Origin: an uncultured Gammaproteobacteria bacterium | Lineage (GTDB): Bacteria; Pseudomonadota; Gammaproteobacteria; Steroidobacterales; Steroidobacteraceae | DNA: 64,000 nt | Direction of reading: 5' to 3' | Assembly: GCA_963800385.1 (NCBI GenBank) | Contig: CAWDAU010000009.1 | Span: 721,264 to 785,263, forward strand | Program-made: the position numbers and the translations under genes | Shown here: positions 28,005-36,715 of the stretch, piece by piece | How positions within the stretch are numbered: position 1 is the first letter of the stretch | Layout of the letters: the number at the start of each line of letters is the position of its first letter | Notes under the pieces: generated by a model | Seen by the model: only the letters and a program-made list of their open reading frames with translations | What the model was told of the DNA's origin: nothing | The model's database searches: none

Positions 28005-29200
28005 GCGCGTCTTTAGGTCCAGCCGGAGCGGTTGCCGCACGTTTGGCGGCAGAGCCGCGGGAAGGCGGCAAAGGGGCCGGCACCACTCCGTTTCGCTTTT
28101 ACGACAATCGCCAAAAATATCTTGCCTTCATTACGACCTGCAATGAGAAGTCCGCCATCGCGCGCCGCGCCGCTCATGAGATGACCTTGCTGCGGCCCAC
28201 CCCGCCCGCGCTTCGAATCTTCGACGCCGGCATGGGCGATGGCACGGTGCTCACGCGGGTCATGCGCAGCACGCATCGGCTTTTTCCGACTGTCCCTCTG
28301 TTCGTGGTTGCGAAGGAAATCAGTCTCGAGGATGTCCGCCTGGGACTCGAGAAGTTGCCGGACCGGCTGTTCGAGCATCCGGCGACGGTTTTCGTCGTGA
28401 CCAACCTCAACTATGCGGAGGCGCCGCGCCTGATGCCGCGCGATGCGCATTCGGCGGCGGCGCTCAACTGGCAGGAAGTGCGTTTGACCGGCTCAACCGC
28501 GCATGAGTACGCCGAACAGATCGAAGATCTCGCGCCGGCGCTCGCCAATGGCTGGCAGACCACGCCGAATACCAAAACAGGCAACCCGCAGGTGGTGCGC
28601 CCTTCGGTGCTGACGATTTATCGCGAGGATCATAAATTTCTGCTCGACACGGTCATCCCGAAGCCGGGCAGCATATTCGAGCACTACGACTTGGTGATTG
28701 CCTCGCAGCCGTGGCGCGCGAGAATGGGCGCCGAATTCAAGGTCCGCAAGGTGCTCGCGCCCCTGGCACGCAGTCTGGCTCCAGGCGGCCGGTTGCTCGC
28801 GATTCAGTCGTATGGACATGATCCCGGTCTCGAGATCATCCAGCAATTATGGCCGCAGGAGCATCCGTTTCAGGTCGACCGCCATGAACTTCTGGCGACC
28901 CTGCGCCGCGAACTGGGCCGCGATGCCCGCGATTTCATCCTAACCATACCGCCGGATGAGAAGGCGGTGTTTCGCTACGAGATGCACACGCTTCCCTCCG
29001 AAATCGGCGATCGTATAGGCACGTCGACCTTGTTCGCCGCCTGGAATGCCGCAATCTATGTGAACCAGATCGAAGATGAACGGCTCGATGAAGTTGTTCC
29101 GAATGGCGCCTACCTCGCGGCCACGCAAAGCGTACTGCAGAAGCACGGCGGCCTGTGGTTCAACGATGAGGCCTTTGTGGTCGCGCGTCGGCGCGCGTGA
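28001..29200 (+). CDS. hypothetical protein with class-I SAM-methyltransferase-like motifs and a large insertion
   Basis: The ATG at 28001 forms an ATGA overlap with the previous stop. Motif-I-like LRIFDAGMGDGTV and a later LAPGGRLLAIQS. The N-terminal extension in the track ORF overlaps the MetE-like gene. Confidence 0.55.
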   Translation: MSASLGPAGAVAARLAAEPREGGKGAGTTPFRFYDNRQKYLAFITTCNEKSAIARRAAHEMTLLRPTPPALRIFDAGMGDGTVLTRVMRSTHRLFPTVPLFVVAKEISLEDVRLGLEKLPDRLFEHPATVFVVTNLNYAEAPRLMPRDAHSAAALNWQEVRLTGSTAHEYAEQIEDLAPALANGWQTTPNTKTGNPQVVRPSVLTIYREDHKFLLDTVIPKPGSIFEHYDLVIASQPWRARMGAEFKVRKVLAPLARSLAPGGRLLAIQSYGHDPGLEIIQQLWPQEHPFQVDRHELLATLRRELGRDARDFILTIPPDEKAVFRYEMHTLPSEIGDRIGTSTLFAAWNAAIYVNQIEDERLDEVVPNGAYLAATQSVLQKHGGLWFNDEAFVVARRRA

Positions 29201-29220
29201 GCCGCACCGGGAGAGCCGCC

Positions 29221-30123
29221 ATGAAAGCCTACACACCGCAATCCGTAACCGAGGCCGTGCTCGAGCAAATGGAGGGCACCGCGGATGAGCGGCTCAAAAC
29301 CGTGGTCAAGAGCGCGATCCGCCATCTGCATGCCTTCGCCGCAGAGGTGAACCTGACTCCGGCTGAATGGCTCGAGGCGATCGAATTCTTCACTCGCGTC
29401 GGTAGAACCTGCACCGCCACCCGGCAGGAATTCATTTTGCTGTCCGACGCGGTGGGATTGAGCACCCTGGTGAATACGCTGCACGACGCGACTGCACTCG
29501 AACAGGCGACCTCCACGAGCTTGCTGGGGCCGTTCTTTCGCGAGGACGCGCCGCAGTTGGCGCTCGGAGCGCAGATTTCCAATGCCGATAAATCCGAGGA
29601 AATTCTCTTGTGGGGCACGGTGCGTTCGGCCGCGGGAAAAGCCGTGCCCAATGCCAAGTTGATGGTATGGCAAACGTCGAGTGCCGGGGTCTATGACTTG
29701 CAGGAAGGCGATGGCAGCGCCATCGACTACCGCGGCACGTTTCGCAGCGATGCTGACGGCAATTACCGTCTTCGCACGGTGCGACCGCTCGGCTATTTCA
29801 TACCGATGGATGGTCCGGTCGGGGATCTGGTCCGCGCCCAGCGGCGCCAGGGCTGCCGCCCGGCGCACATTCACTTCCTGATCAGCGCGCCCGGGTTTCG
29901 GGAATTGGTCACCGCGCTTTACTTTCCCGGTCCGTATCTGGAAACCGACGTGGTCTTCGGCGCATCGCCGGAACTTGTGGCGAACGAGAAAGCCGGCGAC
30001 CCGGATGCTCCGGCGCAAGGAATGCCCAGTGTGCACTTCGATTTCGTGCTGGCTCGCGCGGGCTCGGCGGATGCGGCCGGCGGCCGGGTGGGTGCGGACC
30101 CCGGCAAACTCGCCGCTCAATAG
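29221..30123 (+). CDS. intradiol ring-cleavage dioxygenase (hydroxyquinol/catechol 1,2-dioxygenase type)
   Basis: N-terminal helical linker domain (RLKTVVKSAIRHLHAFAAEVNLTPAEW) and a catalytic core with Y..Y...RPAHIHF. GGAGAG lies 5 nt before the ATG at 29221; an alternative GTG at 29197 forms a GTGA overlap. Confidence 0.85.
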   Translation: MKAYTPQSVTEAVLEQMEGTADERLKTVVKSAIRHLHAFAAEVNLTPAEWLEAIEFFTRVGRTCTATRQEFILLSDAVGLSTLVNTLHDATALEQATSTSLLGPFFREDAPQLALGAQISNADKSEEILLWGTVRSAAGKAVPNAKLMVWQTSSAGVYDLQEGDGSAIDYRGTFRSDADGNYRLRTVRPLGYFIPMDGPVGDLVRAQRRQGCRPAHIHFLISAPGFRELVTALYFPGPYLETDVVFGASPELVANEKAGDPDAPAQGMPSVHFDFVLARAGSADAAGGRVGADPGKLAAQ

Positions 30124-30156
30124 CGCCGCCGGCGCGCAACAGCATTTATTCAGACA

Positions 30157-30324
30157 CTAAACCGTCAGATGCACGACCTTCGCCCGGGCACACGCGACGG
30201 AGTGTGCGTCGGGTTGTCCTTGACTGCGCGAGCCGACTACAAAGGTCGCGCCGCCGAGAATCAGACTGTTCACGAACAGCGCGAGAGCGACCGCGCCAAG
30301 TTTGATCGCAAGCCGGGTCTTCAT
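30157..30324 (-). CDS. hypothetical small secreted or membrane protein (55 aa)
   Basis: MKTRLAIKLGAVALALFVNSLILGGATFVVG..., with GGAG 7 nt upstream of the ATG. It falls below the length cut-off of the ORF track. Confidence 0.3.
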   Translation of the reverse strand: MKTRLAIKLGAVALALFVNSLILGGATFVVGSRSQGQPDAHSVACARAKVVHLTV

Positions 30325-30415
30325 TCGATTACTCCGTGGGAGTGAGCTTATATCCGCGACTGTCAGGATGGACTAAGCTCGCCGGCCAAAGTTCCGCTTA
30401 TCCAGCGGCGGCGCG

Positions 30416-32941
30416 TCATTCATGCGCAAACTGCCTCGATGACACGGGACAAGCCTTCACGCCCCAAATATCCTTCGCATATTCGCCGATCGTACGGTCG
30501 CTTGAAAAGCGTCCCGAGCAGGCAACGTTCAAGATGGCCTTGCGCGCCCATTTTCGCGGATCCGCATACCAGTCGCGCATTTGCCGATCGGCCTCCAGAT
30601 ACGGCCGCAAATCCGCCAAGTGCATGTATCGATCTTCATGCATCAGCAACTCGTACAGCGGCTGGAAGAAATTCGGATCAGACCCGCTGAAATGCCCGGA
30701 GGCGATCAGGTCGAGCGCGGCGCGCGTCTCCGGATCATGATCGTAATGCCAGCGCGGGTTGTACCAGCCGCGGCTGCCGCGGATCTGCTGCGCAGTGAGG
30801 CCGAACAGCAGGAAATTCTCCTCTCCGGCTGCAGCGGCCATTTCTATCGTCGCGCCGTCGCGGGTCCCCAACGTCAAGGCGCCGTTCATCATGAACTTCA
30901 TGTTGCTGGTACCGCTGGCCTCATAGCCGGCGGTGGAGATCTGATTCGACACGTCGCTGGCGGGAATCAGCCTTTGCGCCATTGAAACATCGTAGTCGGG
31001 CAAAAATATGACGCGCAGCCGCGCGTTCGCGGCCGGATCCGCCGCAATCGTTCGAGCCACGCTTTCGATGAACTTGATGATGAGCTTTGCAATGTAGTAG
31101 GCGGCCGCTGCTTTGCCGGCGAAAATAAAGGTCCGCGGCGTGTGCAGCGATTGAGGATCGGCCCGCAATCGATTGTAGAGCACGATGATGCGCAGCGCGT
31201 TGAGAAGCTGCCGCTTATACTCGTGGATGCGCTTGACGTGACAATCGAAGATCGTTTCCGGATCGACGCTGAAGCCGAAATTCTTCCCGATCCATTGCGC
31301 ACAGAGTATTTTGTTCCTGCGCTTCACCTGCATGAACTTGTCGAGAAAAGCCGGGTCGCTGGCGAGCGGCTGCAACCGGGTCAATTGCTCGAGATCGGTG
31401 ATCCACGCACTGCCGATGGCTTCGGTAATCAAATCGGCGAGCGCTGGATTGGAGAGCAACAGCCAGCGGCGCGGCGTCACGCCGTTGGTCTTGTTGCTGA
31501 ATCTTTCGGGGAACATCTCGGCGAGATCCTTGACGGTGGTGGTTCGCAACAACTCCGAGTGAATCTTCGCGACCCCATTGGTGCTATGAGCGCCGACGAT
31601 GGCCAGATTCGCCATCCGCACGTGCTGTATGGCGCCTTCCTCGATCAGGCTCACCCGCTGGACGCGGCCCTCGTCGCCCGGATACCGGTTGCGCACCGCC
31701 TCCAGCAGGCGCCGGTTGATCTCGAGAATGATTTCAAGCTGGCGCGGCACGAGCAATTGGAACCACGGCAGCGGCCATTTTTCGAGCGCTTCGGGCAGCA
31801 GGGTGTGGTTGGTGTAGCCCAGGGTACGGCAGCTCAGATTCCACGCCGTGTCCCAGTCCAAGTGGGCTTCATCCAGCAGGATCCGCATCAATTCCGGGAC
31901 CGCGAAGCTCGGATGGGTGTCGTTGAGCTGCAGCGCCGCTTTTTCAGGCAGCAAACTCCAGTCCGTGTTGTGCAGGCGAAAGCGGCGAATGACATCCGCC
32001 AAAGAGCAGGCGACCAGGAAATATTCCTGCACGAAGCGAAGTCCCTGCCCCAGGCTGGTCGAGTCATCGGGATACAGCACCCGGGTCAAGGACTCCGCTT
32101 CAAGCGCCTCAGCCACGGCATCCACGAACTCGCCATGGCTGAAGGCCTGAAAGTCGAAATAGTCCGGCGCCTTGGCCGCCCACAGGCGCAGCGTGGTGAT
32201 CGTATTGCCGCCATAACCCACGGTCGGGCGATCGAAAGGCACTCCGATCAGGCGCGATGGTTTACCGGTAATGGCTTGCAAAGTTCCTTCGCGGACTTCG
32301 AATGAGCAGCCGAGGTGAATCTCGACTTGATCGCGCACCCGGCGTATTTCCCATGGATCGTGGCGCGCCAGCCAGTTGTCCGGACGTTCGATTTGCCATC
32401 CGTCAAGGAGCACTTGCTTGAACATCCCGTACTCGTACCTCAGCCCATAGCCCATGGCGGGAATCTGCAAGGTAGCCAGGGAATCCAGAAAGCAGGCCGC
32501 CAGGCGCCCAAGTCCGCCGCTGCCGAGCCCTGCGTCCGCCTCCTGTTCCAGGGTGGCGATCCAATCAAGATCGATCTCTTCGACAGCGCGGCGGGCATCG
32601 GCATCCAAGAGGAGATTCGCGATATTGTTGGCGAGCGATCGGCCGATGAGAAACTCCATCGAGAGGTAATAAACCCGCTTGGGGTCCTCGCGCTCATACG
32701 TGCTCTCGGTATCCACCCAACGTTTGGCCAGAAACTCGCGCACCGACAGCGCAAAAGCCTCGAAACGCTCATGCGGTGTCGCGCTTGCCAAGCCCACGAT
32801 CTTATCGAGCAGCAAGTGCTCCTCGTACAGCGCCTTGTCGAGCCGCACCGCGTGGGGTGCGCCGCTCTCGTGGTCCGACTTCGCCGTCAAGCGATTGGAT
32901 TGGCCCGCCTGGGCGATTGGTTTCGGCTGCTCATTGATCAT
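30416..32941 (-). CDS. glgP: glycogen/alpha-glucan phosphorylase
   Basis: PLP-lysine region EASGTSNMKFMMNGALTLGTRDGATIEM. About 840 aa with full-length family similarity. Confidence 0.92.
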   Translation of the reverse strand: MINEQPKPIAQAGQSNRLTAKSDHESGAPHAVRLDKALYEEHLLLDKIVGLASATPHERFEAFALSVREFLAKRWVDTESTYEREDPKRVYYLSMEFLIGRSLANNIANLLLDADARRAVEEIDLDWIATLEQEADAGLGSGGLGRLAACFLDSLATLQIPAMGYGLRYEYGMFKQVLLDGWQIERPDNWLARHDPWEIRRVRDQVEIHLGCSFEVREGTLQAITGKPSRLIGVPFDRPTVGYGGNTITTLRLWAAKAPDYFDFQAFSHGEFVDAVAEALEAESLTRVLYPDDSTSLGQGLRFVQEYFLVACSLADVIRRFRLHNTDWSLLPEKAALQLNDTHPSFAVPELMRILLDEAHLDWDTAWNLSCRTLGYTNHTLLPEALEKWPLPWFQLLVPRQLEIILEINRRLLEAVRNRYPGDEGRVQRVSLIEEGAIQHVRMANLAIVGAHSTNGVAKIHSELLRTTTVKDLAEMFPERFSNKTNGVTPRRWLLLSNPALADLITEAIGSAWITDLEQLTRLQPLASDPAFLDKFMQVKRRNKILCAQWIGKNFGFSVDPETIFDCHVKRIHEYKRQLLNALRIIVLYNRLRADPQSLHTPRTFIFAGKAAAAYYIAKLIIKFIESVARTIAADPAANARLRVIFLPDYDVSMAQRLIPASDVSNQISTAGYEASGTSNMKFMMNGALTLGTRDGATIEMAAAAGEENFLLFGLTAQQIRGSRGWYNPRWHYDHDPETRAALDLIASGHFSGSDPNFFQPLYELLMHEDRYMHLADLRPYLEADRQMRDWYADPRKWARKAILNVACSGRFSSDRTIGEYAKDIWGVKACPVSSRQFAHE

Positions 32942-33029
32942 GCGACTTCCGCCTTCGGCAGGAAATCTGCCGTGGCGCGCACGTTACCTCAAGCACATTA
33001 GAATTCTATGAATACGCGCAAAGCCGACC

Positions 33030-33920
33030 TCACTTATCTGCGGCCACTCGCCCGATCCGGTCCAGCGTGGCGAGAACCGCGCTCGGCAGCTCGAGGTGGG
33101 CCGCTGCGAGATTCTCGCGCAGATGATCGACCGACGAGGTACCCGGAATCAGCAGGATGTTGGGCGAGCGCTGCAGCAACCAGGCGAGTGCAACCTGCAT
33201 AGGCGTGACGGCCAGCGCCTGGGCAACTTCCGAGAGCTCGGCCGACTGCAACGGGGTGAAGCCGCCGAGCGGAAAGAACGGCACGTACGCAATCCCGGCA
33301 TCAGCCAGCTCGTCGATCAACGCGTCGTCTTTGCGATGGGCAAGATTGTAGTGGTTCTGTACACATGCAATTTGCGCGATGGCGCGCCCCGCTTCGACCT
33401 GCTTACGCGTCACATTGCTCAGCCCAATATGGCGGACCAACCCTTGGCGCTGCAGGTCCGCCAGTACCGCGAGCGGCGCCTCGATGGGACCTTCGGCGGG
33501 TCCGTGGGCACTGAACATCAGACGCAGATTGACGACGTCGAGCGTGTCCAACTTCAAATTTCGAAGATTGTCATGCACGGCGCTCCTCAGGCTCTCGGCG
33601 GAAAAGGCCGGCTTCCAGGATCCGTCCGCTCCGCGGCGCGCGCCGATTTTGCTGACGATCACCAGGTTATTCGGATAGGGGTGCAGGGCTTCGCGGATAA
33701 GTTGATTGGTGACGTGCGGACCGTAATAGTCGCTCGTATCGATGTGGTCGACCCCGCTCGCCAGTGCCTCGCGCAGCACCGTGAGCGCGTGCTGCGGGTC
33801 TTTCGGCGGCCCGAACACCCCCGGCCCCGCGAGCTGCATGGCGCCATATCCCATGCGCTTCACGCGCCGGTTCCCCAGCGTGAACGTCTCTAGCGTGTTG
33901 ATATCGATCATCGATCCCAC
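33030..33920 (-). CDS. aldo/keto reductase
   Basis: LGNRRVKRMGYGAMQL, IDTSDYYG and GLSNV are AKR signature segments. Confidence 0.85.
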   Translation of the reverse strand: MGSMIDINTLETFTLGNRRVKRMGYGAMQLAGPGVFGPPKDPQHALTVLREALASGVDHIDTSDYYGPHVTNQLIREALHPYPNNLVIVSKIGARRGADGSWKPAFSAESLRSAVHDNLRNLKLDTLDVVNLRLMFSAHGPAEGPIEAPLAVLADLQRQGLVRHIGLSNVTRKQVEAGRAIAQIACVQNHYNLAHRKDDALIDELADAGIAYVPFFPLGGFTPLQSAELSEVAQALAVTPMQVALAWLLQRSPNILLIPGTSSVDHLRENLAAAHLELPSAVLATLDRIGRVAADK

Positions 33921-33951
33921 CGGCGTTGCCCACCGGCAGTTTAACCGACTG

Positions 33952-34821
33952 TCAGGTCAGCCTCGCCAGGGCATCCTTGCTCAAAACCGGCAGCACCAAT
34001 TGCGCTTCGTGCTCAGCCGCCAACGCGCGATCGTCGTGCTGCCAGGGATGAAACCCCGGCCGGAAGAAGGACAGCCACGCCGGAAATATTTGGCGCAGCA
34101 GCCCGGGGTAAATCAACAGATACGAGAACACCCTCAGCCACGTGCCTGGTCCATCGAAGCCGTCCTGGCGGAGGAATTGCCGCATTGCGCGCACCCGGCC
34201 CCGCAGGAAGGTGTAGCTCAAGTTGAGCATCACCAGCGAGCGAAATTTCCAGCGCTTATAGGCGGAGAGCTTTTGCGTGGCGGCGAGAAAAGTGTCGAAC
34301 GCCACGCCTTTGTGCTCGATTTCCTCGATGGCATGCCATTTCCACAATCGCACGGCGTCCGGCGATGCGTTCTTGAAATGACGCTCGCTCTGCAAGCAGG
34401 CGTGCGCGATGATGGCGGTGAAGTGCTCCAATGCAACGGTGGCGACCAGGCCGAAAATCGGCGGCTTGGCCTGCAACTCCGCCAATCGCGAATCCAGATC
34501 GGCGTGCATGGGACGGACGTCGTAGCCCGCCTGCTCCACTTGATTGTTGAGGTGGTTGTGCTCGCGGCTGTGCGCAGCCTCTTGCTTGATGAAGGCATCG
34601 ATTTGCGCCTGCTGCGCCGGCGGCACGCAGTGCCGAAAATTCCTCACGCTGTCGATGAAGAACGCTTCGCCTTTTGGAAAGGTCAGCGAGAGACTGTTGT
34701 AAAAGGCGGTGGCCAGCGGATCGCCGCCGTTCCACCAGCGCTCGGCGGCGCGGCCGCGCGCGAACATCACATTGCGCGGTTGAATACGCAAATCCGCGGG
34801 AGTCGGGGAAGGACGATCCAT
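33952..34821 (-). CDS. predicted metal-dependent hydrolase (COG3687-like)
   Basis: WWNGGDPLATAFYNSLSLTFPKGEAFFIDSVR and several H/E-rich helices (EAAHSREH, HAIEEIEHKG). Confidence 0.6.
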   Translation of the reverse strand: MDRPSPTPADLRIQPRNVMFARGRAAERWWNGGDPLATAFYNSLSLTFPKGEAFFIDSVRNFRHCVPPAQQAQIDAFIKQEAAHSREHNHLNNQVEQAGYDVRPMHADLDSRLAELQAKPPIFGLVATVALEHFTAIIAHACLQSERHFKNASPDAVRLWKWHAIEEIEHKGVAFDTFLAATQKLSAYKRWKFRSLVMLNLSYTFLRGRVRAMRQFLRQDGFDGPGTWLRVFSYLLIYPGLLRQIFPAWLSFFRPGFHPWQHDDRALAAEHEAQLVLPVLSKDALARLT

Positions 34822-34877
34822 GGGACGCTCGCTCGCTGCAAACCAGGGCAGCGTAACGTTAGCTACTATTTATGCAT

Positions 34878-34897
34878 CCGTCAATAACTATTGACGG
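34878..34897. promoter_or_regulatory. perfect palindrome CCGTCAATA-AC-TATTGACGG, candidate TetR operator
   Basis: 9-bp arms with a 2-nt spacer, located between the TetR gene and the downstream hydrolase gene. On the minus strand it overlaps a TTGACG hexamer. Confidence 0.5.
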
Positions 34898-34927
34898 GTA
34901 CATAAATTATGCTTGACGAACAATGAC

Positions 34928-35506
34928 TTAACGCAATGCAGCAAGAGCTTGGGCAAAATAGTCCCGCCGCTTGGCGGCATTTGCGCCCAAAATGTCGCCG
35001 AGCAAAGGCCCCACGGAGGATTCCGCGTAGGCTGCGAAGGCGACAATCAGTGCGACGCGCGCGATACGTTTGGCATCGGTCTTGGAGCGCGGCCGCGCGC
35101 GGCTGGAAATGAAGTCGGTCAGCATGCGATTCACCGGCTCCAGCCGCGAGGTTTCCCCCGAGCGCACCAGCCAGCCCAGTACGCGCCCAAGCCCGTTCTG
35201 GCTGAAGAGATCGAACACCCGGACGACCACCGCACGGTAATCGTGTTCGAGGTTGTCCATCTCCACGTCGACGGACTGCAATCCCGCCAACAGCTCGCGC
35301 ACCAGGTCTTCGGCAATGGCCGCGTGCAATCCCGCGGCCGAGCCGAAGTGATGGCTCAAATTGGGATAGGTGACTCCCGCCGCGTCCGCCACCGCGCGCA
35401 TCGTCAGGACTTCGTCGCTGCCCTCCACGATCAACCGCCGCGCGGCTGCCAGCGCTTGGGCGCGCATGTCGGAAGCCGCGCGTCGAATTCGCGGCGTCCG
35501 CCCCAT
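34928..35506 (-). CDS. TetR/AcrR-family transcriptional regulator
   Basis: HTH segment LTMRAVADAAGVTYPNLSHHFGS. Start taken as the ATG at 35506. Confidence 0.8.
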   Translation of the reverse strand: MGRTPRIRRAASDMRAQALAAARRLIVEGSDEVLTMRAVADAAGVTYPNLSHHFGSAAGLHAAIAEDLVRELLAGLQSVDVEMDNLEHDYRAVVVRVFDLFSQNGLGRVLGWLVRSGETSRLEPVNRMLTDFISSRARPRSKTDAKRIARVALIVAFAAYAESSVGPLLGDILGANAAKRRDYFAQALAALR

Positions 35507-35668
35507 GCTTGTAAACTGTTTCTTCACGGCGACGAAGTCTGCGCGATGCTTGCCATGGCAATCAAGTGCGCCAAAATGGAAAATCACTGCGCAGGAACCC
35601 GACCCCGTATTGGCAGTCCATAGCCAAGCGCACCCTGGTACCTTGAGCGAAATTGGATATTCGAGCGC

Positions 35669-36244
35669 ATGCCGGCAAAATCACAGCGACCCCTCGTCCT
35701 TTTCAGCGTGTTGGCGCTGCACCTCGCAGCGCTGACACTGCTGCTTGCCGGCACCAGAACCCTGATGATTGCGGGTGTTGCTGAACGTCCAATCCAAGTG
35801 CTGGCGATTGCCCCCGTGAAGCCCCCGCCATTGCGAATCAAGAACGCCGTGCCTCAACAGTGGCGCACCAATATTGCCGTAGCGTTCGAACCGCGTTTGC
35901 TCGCCTCCTCCTCTCAAGCCGGACCCGGCTCCGCGCCGGATGGCCAGGGACCCGCAGTGAATTGGGCGGCGGAAGCCCATCGCGCGGTGCGGGCATTCGA
36001 GATCCGCAGCCATCAGACGGCGAACAGGGCTTTGTCGGTATCATCCTCGTTGGATGTGTCAGGGTCGCGCGAACACCATGCGGGCGATCAAATGAAGACC
36101 GCCGGCGGCGACTGGATCGTATGGATCAATGCGAACTGTTATCAAATCGCCGGCTGGCATTCGGACGCGCCGGACTTGAACGCCATGTCGCCGAGAACGA
36201 TCTGCCGGAAACCGGCCGTTACAGCACCGGGCGATGGGCGCTAG
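35669..36244 (+). CDS. hypothetical membrane-anchored protein
   Basis: N-terminal TM helix LVLFSVLALHLAALTLLLAG; no other recognisable motif. Confidence 0.45.
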   Translation: MPAKSQRPLVLFSVLALHLAALTLLLAGTRTLMIAGVAERPIQVLAIAPVKPPPLRIKNAVPQQWRTNIAVAFEPRLLASSSQAGPGSAPDGQGPAVNWAAEAHRAVRAFEIRSHQTANRALSVSSSLDVSGSREHHAGDQMKTAGGDWIVWINANCYQIAGWHSDAPDLNAMSPRTICRKPAVTAPGDGR

Positions 36245-36329
36245 GAGAAAACCGGCTGGCAAATCCGCGGGGCATTGGTATCCTCTAGGAGCCTGTCTCG
36301 GTCTTTCAACTCCAAGAGGATTCGCGCCG

Positions 36330-36662
36330 ATGCAGCCGCCTCCAGGCCACAAGATCACTGAATCGCACGCGAAATTCGCCGATGCGGAGCAAATGGCGGT
36401 GTTTTTAGGAGCCATTCCCGATGCCGATGGGCTCGCAGCACTCTTGATGGAGCGCCGCATGGTTTCTACGCGTACTTTCGACGACGACGCGATGACCGCG
36501 CGGTTCGTGCGCAGCGACGGTACCACGGTCGCCTGCTATACCGTGGAAGACGTGACAATCGATGAGGCCGAAATGATCGCCGCGCAATGCGAGCTGTTGG
36601 ATGATTGGAACGTCGAGAGTTTTTCCAAAGCCGTGCACCTGGCGCTCGATCCGGACCTATAG
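36330..36662 (+). CDS. hypothetical protein (110 aa)
   Basis: Acidic, protein-like ORF starting MQPPPGHKITESH...; no recognisable motif. Confidence 0.4.
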   Translation: MQPPPGHKITESHAKFADAEQMAVFLGAIPDADGLAALLMERRMVSTRTFDDDAMTARFVRSDGTTVACYTVEDVTIDEAEMIAAQCELLDDWNVESFSKAVHLALDPDL

Positions 36663-36715
36663 AGGCAGCGCATGTTCCGCCGCGTCCTCGATTCGAAGGC
36701 TTACGCGGCGCCGCC

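Noticed and set aside
29110-30120. 336-aa minus-strand ORF
   Set aside because: It is antisense to the intradiol dioxygenase gene. It has no motifs and an Arg-rich composition.
31142-32305. 387-aa plus-strand ORF
   Set aside because: It is antisense to glgP, which is unambiguous from its PLP-lysine motif. It is a shadow ORF.
33742-34887. 381-aa plus-strand ORF
   Set aside because: It spans the AKR gene start, an intergenic gap and the whole hydrolase gene in antisense. It cannot be reconciled with the two motif-bearing minus-strand genes.
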